Shown: positions 56,550 to 64,000 of the stretch, one piece after another
Layout of the letters: each line of letters opens with the position of its first letter
Numbering within the stretch: position 1 is the first letter of the stretch
Source: Candidatus Latescibacterota bacterium
Lineage (GTDB): Bacteria; Latescibacterota; UBA2968
Direction of reading: 5' to 3'
NCBI GenBank assembly: GCA_965208125.1
Contig: OZ242320.1
Coordinates: 2,368,001-2,432,000, forward strand
Length of the DNA: 64,000 nucleotides
Made by a program: the position numbers and the translations under genes
Notes under the pieces: model-generated
Database searches by the model: none
What the model was told of the DNA's origin: nothing
Seen by the model: the letters and a program-made list of their open reading frames with translations, nothing else

Positions 56550-57560
56550 ATGAAAGCGAGAATCGTTGGAGAGCGGCAGTCAGATGTGGTGACAGCACCA
56601 GTGCCAGAGCCGAAGGAGGATTGGGCGGTGGTGAAGGTGCATGCTTCGGCGATGTGTACCGAGTATAAGGCGTGGATGGCGGGGGATCGACGCGAGGTGA
56701 TCGGGCACGAGGGGGCTGGCGAGGTGGTGGCGGTGGCGCAGCCGGGACGGGTGAAGGTGGGGGACCGGGTTACGGTGATGCCGCAGTATCCGTGTGGCAA
56801 TTGTGCTTTGTGTCGATCAGGTGATTATATCTATTGTGAGGATACATATAACTTTGCCGAGTTCACGGGTAGCCGAGAGGGCAGTGGTACGTTTGCCCAT
56901 TATGTGGTCAAGCCCTCATGGCTTTTGTTGCCGATTCCCGAACGGGTTACGTACGAGCAGGCGACAATGGCGATTGACGGTATCGGCGCTTCTTTTGGGG
57001 GTATGCAAGCGATTGGCGTGGGTGCGTTTGATACGGTGCTGATTACGGGGCTGGGGCCGGTGGGGCTTGGTGGAATTATTAATGCCCGGTTCCGGGGGGC
57101 GCGGGTGCTGGCGGTGGAGCCTGCGCCGTGGCGCGCTGCGCTCGGCCTTGAGTTGGGCGCAGAGGTGGTGTTGCATCCGCAGGATGACCCGCTTGCGCGT
57201 ATTCGAGATTTGACGGATGGTCGCGGGGTTGATTGCGCGGTGGATTGTTCTGGTTCTGTAGCAGGCGAGCGGCTGTGTATTGATGCGGTGCGGCGGCGCG
57301 GACGGGTGGCGTTTGTCGGCGAGTGTTCCCAGGATTTGCCGATTAAGGTGAGTCCGGATTTGATTCGCAAGGGGTTGCTGGTGTCGGGGAACTGGCTGTA
57401 CAATATGCAGGATTACGAGGGCGTGATGCAGGTGATTGCGGAGTCGCCCCTTATCGATAAGCTGATCAGTCACGTTATGCCGATGAGCAATATTCAGGAG
57501 GCTTTTGGTCTTCTGGCTGCTGGCGAGGCCGCAAAGATCGTGCTTCATCCCTGGGCGTAG
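56550..57560 (+). CDS. Zinc-binding (MDR) dehydrogenase
   Basis: GHEGAGEV, CGNCALC..C, GLGPVG; start ATG 56550. Confidence 0.92.
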   Translation: MKARIVGERQSDVVTAPVPEPKEDWAVVKVHASAMCTEYKAWMAGDRREVIGHEGAGEVVAVAQPGRVKVGDRVTVMPQYPCGNCALCRSGDYIYCEDTYNFAEFTGSREGSGTFAHYVVKPSWLLLPIPERVTYEQATMAIDGIGASFGGMQAIGVGAFDTVLITGLGPVGLGGIINARFRGARVLAVEPAPWRAALGLELGAEVVLHPQDDPLARIRDLTDGRGVDCAVDCSGSVAGERLCIDAVRRRGRVAFVGECSQDLPIKVSPDLIRKGLLVSGNWLYNMQDYEGVMQVIAESPLIDKLISHVMPMSNIQEAFGLLAAGEAAKIVLHPWA

Positions 57561-58363
57561 GGCGTTTCTTTTAGTACGCTTTTAAGCCATGCTCTGGCAC
57601 GCCTGCGATACGGACTTTCTCTGTGCATCCACAGGTCTGTATGCGGGTGGACGATATTGTCTTCGGGGATGTTGAATATCTGGTCGGTTGGCACGTTCAG
57701 GAATGTGAATTGCGCCAGGTTGAGGTGTTCTTTGAGGAATTGATCTCTTATCCTGCTGGCGTTCTGCCCGCAGATGAGCACGGGCCGGCCCTTTATCCGT
57801 GCAAGGCGGGTGAGAGCAGATGCGCGGTCACTTTCTGGATAATCCCATTCCTTTTCGCCGTCAAAATGGTCGTGGGTGAAGATGCCTTTCCAATAGGCTG
57901 CGATTTCGTCATCCGCAAGGCCGATGTAGCTGGTGCCAATGGCTCCGCGCGAGAAGCCGCAGATGAATATGTTTCGCGGGTCGCCGCCAAATTTTTTACA
58001 GATCCGCGGGAGGTTGGTCTTGCAGTAGTTCACGGTTGCTTGCTTGTCGCCCCACCACGTGACGGCATTTTCTTTTGTTCCCTTTTCTATATATGGCATA
58101 GATACCCATATAAATCCTCGCCCTCCACTTATACCATAGCCCAGGTTCGCGTCTTCCACTTTCCCAGTTGATTTACAAGGTTCCCATTTGTTGCCGGTAT
58201 ATTCGACGATGACAGGGTATTTGCGCCCGGGTTGCCAGTCTTTGGGAAGGTATAGCGCGTGGTGTACATCGGTTCCTCTGTACTCCGGCGCAGTTTGACG
58301 CACGCGCTTGCCCGGGGCAGGTGGCGCATCCGTCATGGTTGGTGTAACGAGGTCTAATGGCAT
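57545..58363 (-). CDS. Alpha/beta-hydrolase-like protein
   Basis: LYLPKDWQPGRKYPVIVE, GFSRGA nucleophile elbow, C-terminal HTD. Confidence 0.7.
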   Translation of the reverse strand: MPLDLVTPTMTDAPPAPGKRVRQTAPEYRGTDVHHALYLPKDWQPGRKYPVIVEYTGNKWEPCKSTGKVEDANLGYGISGGRGFIWVSMPYIEKGTKENAVTWWGDKQATVNYCKTNLPRICKKFGGDPRNIFICGFSRGAIGTSYIGLADDEIAAYWKGIFTHDHFDGEKEWDYPESDRASALTRLARIKGRPVLICGQNASRIRDQFLKEHLNLAQFTFLNVPTDQIFNIPEDNIVHPHTDLWMHRESPYRRRARAWLKSVLKETPYAQG

Positions 58364-58386
58364 GGTCCCCCTGCATTCGAGTTCGT

Positions 58387-59505
58387 TCAGGATTCCAATT
58401 CGTCGAGCCAGCGCGCTACCACTCGACTGCCTTTTTGTATTTCAGAGATGGCTTCGTGGTCGGGTTGCTCTTGTTCGTCGATCAGACCTTTTCGCCGGAA
58501 GCGATTTCGGATATAACCGCCACAAAGATGCGCGCCTATTGCGCCGGGGTTTTTCAGGAGGCCGTAGAGAGCTTCGGCATACCATTTTCCATCTGCGAGA
58601 TGATATTCCCCATCCAGATATTTTCCGCTGTCGTCCGCGATGGTTTCCCGGGGACGGGAGCCGTCTGCCCATAGAACCGGCTTTCCCGTGGCTGTGTGCC
58701 ATTCGCGCATGTGTGTGACCGGGTCTCCGAAGTCCTGAAAGCTGAGTACGTCAACGTACGGCTCAGCAGCCTGTACAATTTCCATTGGGAGTGGTGCGAG
58801 TGCTTCGTATCGGTCTCCGAGGATCAGGTGATGGGGATCATAACGGCGAATGGCGTCGTGGGTGATTTTGTAGTATCGCTGTGCCAGGTTGAAGAGTTCA
58901 GTCCGGCCCGCTTGCGATTCCAGTCGTGTGGGATCAAACATGGGTCCGCGCCATGCCGTGTGTGGGGTTCGGACGTGAACCCAGGTTGGACAGTCCGAGT
59001 AAAAATAGCCGATTAAGTTTGGTTCGTCTCTGAGTCGCGCGCATTCGGATCTGGCGACATAGTCGCACCAGTCCTCGAAGTCTTTGCTGAAGATGTCGGG
59101 ATTTTTGTGCCATGCGTTCCATTGATGTGTTTCGATGAAGGGCAGGAGGTGACAGTAGGGCATGGATAGGGCGCGATATTCTTCCAAGGTGAAGCTCGGA
59201 CTGTGCGCGTGTTTTAAGATGGTTACATCCTGTACCCAGCCGACGGTGTTGAATCCCCAGGATTTCAGGTCGGGGGATACGGATTCGCTGATCCACTTGA
59301 TGCTGTTGTTGTCGTATTTCTGTTTCCAGCGGGGGAGGTTCTCTGGATATAGCAGTGGGGAGGAGTCGATGTGATTTAATCCGACGGAGAAAAACGGCTG
59401 TCGACCTGGCGTGAGCAAGATCCAGCGTTCGCCGAGTTTTCCGAGGGTGAAGAATCCTTCGGGGGATGTTTGCGTTGTTTCGACTGTTTCCAGTATGGTA
59501 TTCAT
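58387..59505 (-). CDS. Glycoside hydrolase-like TIM-barrel protein (agarase/GH50-like)
   Basis: PFFSVGLNH, WGFNTVG, PNLIGYF, AIRRYDPHHLILGDRY, DVLSF. Confidence 0.65.
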   Translation of the reverse strand: MNTILETVETTQTSPEGFFTLGKLGERWILLTPGRQPFFSVGLNHIDSSPLLYPENLPRWKQKYDNNSIKWISESVSPDLKSWGFNTVGWVQDVTILKHAHSPSFTLEEYRALSMPYCHLLPFIETHQWNAWHKNPDIFSKDFEDWCDYVARSECARLRDEPNLIGYFYSDCPTWVHVRTPHTAWRGPMFDPTRLESQAGRTELFNLAQRYYKITHDAIRRYDPHHLILGDRYEALAPLPMEIVQAAEPYVDVLSFQDFGDPVTHMREWHTATGKPVLWADGSRPRETIADDSGKYLDGEYHLADGKWYAEALYGLLKNPGAIGAHLCGGYIRNRFRRKGLIDEQEQPDHEAISEIQKGSRVVARWLDELES

Positions 59506-59526
59506 TGAGGCTCCTTATCAGGCTGA

Positions 59527-60609
59527 CTACCCCATCCTCAAGTTGCGATCTTCGAGGGGCAGGTCAATGCGGATGTTGCCGCGGCGGTGGGATTCTCTTA
59601 TGGCGATGCCGATTTCAAGGGCTTCGCGGCCGAACTCGCCGGGGCAGATGTCTTCGCGGCCCTGTTCGATAGAGCGACAGACGCCTTCGATGGCGTCAAC
59701 CATTGAGCTTCTGGGATGCCATGGTCCCGGGAGATGCGTCTGGGTGGGTGCGCCGGTTTCGGGATGTGGGGTCCATATCTCGAACTGGGCATGGGCGTTG
59801 CGGGAGATAATGCGGCCGGTTTCGCCGATGAATTCCAGGGACCAGGCAAAGGGCCTGGTTTCGGAGCGGGAGTTTAAGATGGTGCGGATGCCGTTTTCAT
59901 AGACAATGATTCCCGATCCGGGGATGTCGGCGTTGGATTGGGCCTGTTTGTCTGTGTCGATGAGACCGACTACCCATTGGGCTGGCGCACCGGCAAAGAG
60001 GCGGAGTAAGGATAGGGTGTGGCTTTGAATATTGGAAAGGCTGGCGGGGCTGTGGCAGATCATTGTTTTTAAGGGGCCAATGATGCCGTCGGCAATGAGT
60101 CTGCGGGCGTTTGTGTAGTAGCTATACCAGTTGAGGTGGCAGGCCATTGAGAGGATGACGTTGTTTTTGGCGCAGGCGTCGATCATGGCATCGGCATCGG
60201 CCAATGTGCGGCACATCGGTTTGGTGGCAAAAATGGCTTTGACGCCCAGTTCGGCCAGACCGACCGTGATTTCAGCGCGGGGTTCGGGGCGGGTGGTCAG
60301 GCATACCACGTTGATTTGTTCTTTTTCGACCATTTCCCGGTAATCGGTGTACAGGGCTGAAACGTCCCAGCGCTGTTTGAAGTCCTCGAGTTTGGCGGGG
60401 TCATCATCAGCGGCGGCAACGAGATCGATTCCCCGGGCTTCAATCATTGCAGGCGCGTGTGCCCAGGGCCATGGGTAATGAGGCATGCCAATGTGTTCGT
60501 CGTCAATGGTGCTGCCCATTCTGCCGCATCCTACAACGGCACCGCGATAGATATTTTTGGGCGCGGTGTCTCGCACGGTCTGAAAGGCTTTGCCTTTGGG
60601 TTCGGCCAT
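59527..60609 (-). CDS. Gfo/Idh/MocA family oxidoreductase
   Basis: AVVGCGRMG, LYTDYREM, FATKPM. Confidence 0.88.
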   Translation of the reverse strand: MAEPKGKAFQTVRDTAPKNIYRGAVVGCGRMGSTIDDEHIGMPHYPWPWAHAPAMIEARGIDLVAAADDDPAKLEDFKQRWDVSALYTDYREMVEKEQINVVCLTTRPEPRAEITVGLAELGVKAIFATKPMCRTLADADAMIDACAKNNVILSMACHLNWYSYYTNARRLIADGIIGPLKTMICHSPASLSNIQSHTLSLLRLFAGAPAQWVVGLIDTDKQAQSNADIPGSGIIVYENGIRTILNSRSETRPFAWSLEFIGETGRIISRNAHAQFEIWTPHPETGAPTQTHLPGPWHPRSSMVDAIEGVCRSIEQGREDICPGEFGREALEIGIAIRESHRRGNIRIDLPLEDRNLRMG

Positions 60610-60630
60610 TGGGGTCTCCTCTGGAAGCTA

Positions 60631-61398
60631 TTAAGCGCTCTTTTGCACAATAAGCAACTCGCGGTGTTCGTTGGTTTCAATGCCTCGCTGAGTGGTGTAT
60701 TTCTCGAGAATCTGGTTAACGCCTTGCCAGTGTTTTTCGATTTCAAATTTTTCGGGCAATGGGACTGTGTGTAGCCATAAGAGAAGTGATTCAACATCAC
60801 AGAACCAATACGCGATGTCATACTCCATGAGCGCGATGATACGATTGCCGCGTTGCTGGAAAGTTTTGGCGAGTTCTTTAGCAGGCGACCACCAATCCTT
60901 GCCAAAACTGTTGCTCGTCCAACCGAATGCTGCCAGGATATTGGACGTATTGCGATGTCCCACGCTCTGCGTGATAAAATACCCTCCCGTACGTAGAACA
61001 CGCAAAACTTCATCTATATTGACAACAGAATGTCGATTTAAAACAATATCAAAATTCGAGTCAGGCAATTGCAGGGCATCAGCACTCATGACATTGAAAG
61101 AGACGTTGTTTATCTGCATTTTGGATTGGTTCTTATGGGCTGTTTGAATCATTTCATCGCTGATGTCGATTCCAATGCCCCTGCCGAAATTCGGTGATAA
61201 AGTGAGAAACTTTTCACCGCCACCCGTTCCTATATCAAGGACGCGAGATGATGAGGTGAGGTAGTTGCGAACCAGAGTAAGATAATCCCAGGGTACGGGA
61301 TCCCGTCTATCTCTTACGGCGGAGAAATCCCACCCTTGAATTTTACCAACAGACGCTGCGATTTGTTTTAGCTCTTTAAGCGTCATTAAGTTGCTCAT
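60631..61398 (-). CDS. Class I SAM-dependent methyltransferase
   Basis: VLDIGTGGGE, GIDIS, FDIVLNRH, RVLRTGGYF. Confidence 0.9.
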   Translation of the reverse strand: MSNLMTLKELKQIAASVGKIQGWDFSAVRDRRDPVPWDYLTLVRNYLTSSSRVLDIGTGGGEKFLTLSPNFGRGIGIDISDEMIQTAHKNQSKMQINNVSFNVMSADALQLPDSNFDIVLNRHSVVNIDEVLRVLRTGGYFITQSVGHRNTSNILAAFGWTSNSFGKDWWSPAKELAKTFQQRGNRIIALMEYDIAYWFCDVESLLLWLHTVPLPEKFEIEKHWQGVNQILEKYTTQRGIETNEHRELLIVQKSA

Positions 61399-61421
61399 CT
61401 TTGATCAGTGGCTTCGGTTTG

Positions 61422-61610
61422 TTATTCAAACCCATAGTCGAAACAAGCATGAATATCTTCTTGAGTCAGTGAAGGATATTCTTCCAGGATATTCTCAAAG
61501 GTATCCCCATTGGCCATCATCCGGAGGATTAGATGAACTGGAATACGGGTGCCTTTAATGCAGGCTTGTCCATGACAAACTTTGGGATCAATAGTAATAC
61601 GTTCATGCAT
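61422..61610 (-). CDS. DUF433 family protein (putative antitoxin)
   Basis: RITIDPKVCHGQACIKGTRIPV..ILEEYPSLTQEDI. Confidence 0.85.
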   Translation of the reverse strand: MHERITIDPKVCHGQACIKGTRIPVHLILRMMANGDTFENILEEYPSLTQEDIHACFDYGFE

Positions 61611-61631
61611 TTTTTTTTCTATTCTTTTTTG

Positions 61632-62273
61632 CTAAGCGTGTAGCATTCTCATGAATGTATCGTGGTTTGAAAAGTCTTCAACCCAGCACTCACATTTTCC
61701 CTCTAAGCGTGGTCCTACGCCTATGAAATGCCATTCCAGTTTTTTGGTCGCCTGGATATCCCATACAGCATCACCGATATATACGACGCGATAGAAACGG
61801 TCCCCCAATGCAGATAGGCATTTCTTCATGATCTCCACACGCTCGTCGCTGTCATCACTGGAAAATAGAACCATATTTCTCAAGCTAAATCCCGCATGTC
61901 TGAGTTTCATTTTGGCAGTATGTCTCCAGCCGCCTGTGGCAATTCCAATTTTATAGTGCTGATCAGATAGAAGTTTATCAATCAGGCAAACCGCCCCTTT
62001 CTTTGGGTGGCATTCGCCACCATTCTCAAGATATTGCCCAATTAATTCACCGAATTTTTTGCGGATTTCTCCAATTTGTTCCTCTTCCTGGATCTTATTC
62101 TTTTTCATTATTTGTCGCAAGATACCTGTGTCAGTTACATTTTTGTATTTGCTCCAATCATCGTCGATGCAAACTTCGCCCAGAATCTCTCTTATCGCAG
62201 AGATGTAGCTGGTCCCATCAAAATCAAAACTTTCGACCAGGGTTCCATCAATGTCAAATATCGTGGCTATCAT
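61632..62273 (-). CDS. HAD-superfamily hydrolase
   Basis: FDIDGTL, IATG, YIGDAVWD. Confidence 0.9.
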   Translation of the reverse strand: MIATIFDIDGTLVESFDFDGTSYISAIREILGEVCIDDDWSKYKNVTDTGILRQIMKKNKIQEEEQIGEIRKKFGELIGQYLENGGECHPKKGAVCLIDKLLSDQHYKIGIATGGWRHTAKMKLRHAGFSLRNMVLFSSDDSDERVEIMKKCLSALGDRFYRVVYIGDAVWDIQATKKLEWHFIGVGPRLEGKCECWVEDFSNHDTFMRMLHA

Positions 62274-62463
62274 TTGTTATCGCATTTTGTCATGAGAGTG
62301 TGTATTGGTTTTTCAAATTATTATTCAAATATGTGCAAGGTTGGAATGGATTGCAAGTCCAGATGGGAAAGATGATATTCTAAAGTTCGGTGCTGGTTGA
62401 CTTTGGTAAAATGGGGTTGTATTTTCGGTTGCCAGATGTTTGGATCAATGTATGGGAGGGATT

Positions 62464-63561
62464 ATGAAGATTACGGATGTTAAATATCATCGTTTGCGCT
62501 ATCCCGTGACCGAGAAGTTCGGAAATTCTTTTGCGTGGATTACGGAGCGGTCATCTATTCTGGTGGAGATTTCTACCGATGCGGGTATTACGGGATGGGG
62601 ACAGGGGGCGGGGTCGCTGGGTGAGTCGGATATTCAGCGGCATGTGATCGGGAAGGATCCGTTCGATTGCGAGGTGATCTGGAACGCGCTGAACAATTCG
62701 GGGAGTCTGAGGAATGTGGGCGCGACCAGTGGCGTGGATATTGCGTTGTGGGATATTATGGGTAAGGCGCTTGATGTGCCGATTTATCGCCTTTTGGGGG
62801 GTGCATTTCGGGACCGTATTCCCTGCTATGCCAGCGGGTTGTTCAGGAAGGACAGGCCGGATAATACACAGGCGTTGATGGATGAGGCCAGAGGATATGT
62901 GGATCAGGGTTTTCCCGCGATGAAGATGAAGGTTGGATTGGGGAAGGCTTATGATGAGCAGAATGTGGCTGCTGTGCGGAGAGCGATTGGCGATGATATT
63001 CTTTTGTGCGTGGATGCAAATTTGGCCTATGATGTGGGTACGGCGATTGAGGTGGGGCGCAGGATGGAGGCGTACGATTTGTTCTGGTATGAAGAACCGA
63101 CTTCGAGGGATGATGTGGCCGGGTATGTGGAAATTAAAGGGGCGCTCGAGATGCGGATTGCGGGATGCGAGGGTTTGCAGGGGCGCTGGGCATTTCGGGA
63201 GTTTATCCAGCGACGGGCGGTGGATATCGTGCAGCCAGATATTGCGATTGTTGGCGGGTTTACAGAGGCGAGAAAGGTTGTGGCAATGGCCAGTGCCAAT
63301 TATATTCCGGTTATGCCGCATATGTGGGGAGCAGTCGTTGGCCTTGCCGCTACCCTGCACTGGCAGGCGTCGATGCCAGATGCGTCCGGTTCTGTGAATC
63401 CAGTCCCTTCTTTTTTTGAATGCGATATGACGGAAAATGGGCTTCGAACAGCGTTGTCTAAAGAGCCTATTTTGCCGGTGGATGGGTATCTCGCGGTTCC
63501 TCAAGGCCCCGGGCTGGGGATTGAGATTGACCGGGATGTTCTTGAGAGATATTCGGTTTGA
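62464..63561 (+). CDS. Mandelate racemase/muconate lactonizing enzyme family protein
   Basis: GVDIALWDIMGK, KMKVG, VDAN, WYEEP, DIVQPD, GPGLGIE. Confidence 0.93.
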   Translation: MKITDVKYHRLRYPVTEKFGNSFAWITERSSILVEISTDAGITGWGQGAGSLGESDIQRHVIGKDPFDCEVIWNALNNSGSLRNVGATSGVDIALWDIMGKALDVPIYRLLGGAFRDRIPCYASGLFRKDRPDNTQALMDEARGYVDQGFPAMKMKVGLGKAYDEQNVAAVRRAIGDDILLCVDANLAYDVGTAIEVGRRMEAYDLFWYEEPTSRDDVAGYVEIKGALEMRIAGCEGLQGRWAFREFIQRRAVDIVQPDIAIVGGFTEARKVVAMASANYIPVMPHMWGAVVGLAATLHWQASMPDASGSVNPVPSFFECDMTENGLRTALSKEPILPVDGYLAVPQGPGLGIEIDRDVLERYSV

Positions 63562-63589
63562 CGCGGTGTCTTTTCAAAGGAGCGATGCG

Positions 63590-64000
63590 ATGGACGAGAT
63601 GCTGAGATGTTTTGCGGAGAATGGGTATGCCGTGGTGGAGGGGGCGCTTTCACCGGAGGAGGTGACGGCGATTAACGATGGGATTGATGCGGATGTGGCC
63701 GCGCATCCGAAGGAATGGGAGCCTGGACCGCGTCCGGGTCATATAGCGGTGGGCTGCAGGGCGCCGGAGTTGATGCACAGGACAGAGGCACTGGATGGCC
63801 TGGTTCACCATCCGTCGGTTGCGCCTCTGGTGCACCGCATTCTCGGAGCGGGTGTTCAGTTTTGCAGTCTGAGTTTTTTGCGGCGCGAGGTGTGTGCTGC
63901 CGATCCGCCAGAGGATATTGACGGCGGCGATCCGCTCTGTCTCTCGCGGCAGTGGCACCGGGAATACAATGGTATTGTGGAGGGTGCTGATCGAAATGCG
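63590..64000 (+). CDS. PhyH-family dioxygenase, 3' truncated by window edge
   Basis: RBS AAGGAG, MDEMLRCFAENGYAVVEGALSPEEV.., LVHHP..ILG, QWHRE. Confidence 0.75.
   Translation, partial: MDEMLRCFAENGYAVVEGALSPEEVTAINDGIDADVAAHPKEWEPGPRPGHIAVGCRAPELMHRTEALDGLVHHPSVAPLVHRILGAGVQFCSLSFLRREVCAADPPEDIDGGDPLCLSRQWHREYNGIVEGADRNA

Overview
Bacterial chromosomal window, gene-dense, with a visibly G/T-rich + strand over most of its length. The gene content (dockerin-like and FlgD/T9SS-like C-terminal domains, two PhyH dioxygenases, Gfo/Idh/MocA oxidoreductases, an ankyrin-repeat protein) suggests a host-associated FCB-group organism such as a Latescibacterota-like sponge symbiont; this is inference. 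The window holds the 3' end of a type I restriction subunit, catabolic genes, a housekeeping block (glnD, rho-rpmE2-prfA-prmC, polyprenyl synthase, secDF), a histidine kinase/sigma54-activator pair, a phosphorelay/partner-switching cluster, tRNA-Pro(CGG), phoBR-like genes and an RNB-domain RNase. The sigma54 activator is frameshifted and lies upstream of a clear sigma54 promoter driving PTS-IIA plus a sigma70 factor. Highlights: (1) an AT-rich island right after tRNA-Pro is punctuated by four 75-118 bp elements with IS3-like terminal inverted repeats in an alternating A-B-A-B pattern, and these delimit gene modules and truncate one ORF; (2) a family of exported ligand-binding proteins (tandem Cache-like domains or tandem Leu-binding domains) shares one ~90-aa module, with a chimeric deletion remnant nearby; (3) a BCP/PrxQ peroxiredoxin has an in-frame TGA at the catalytic Cys plus a SECIS-like hairpin, i.e. 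a selenoprotein missed by the ORF track; (4) a candidate structured sRNA lies at ~28.3-28.4 kb. All family assignments come from motif recognition, not database searches.
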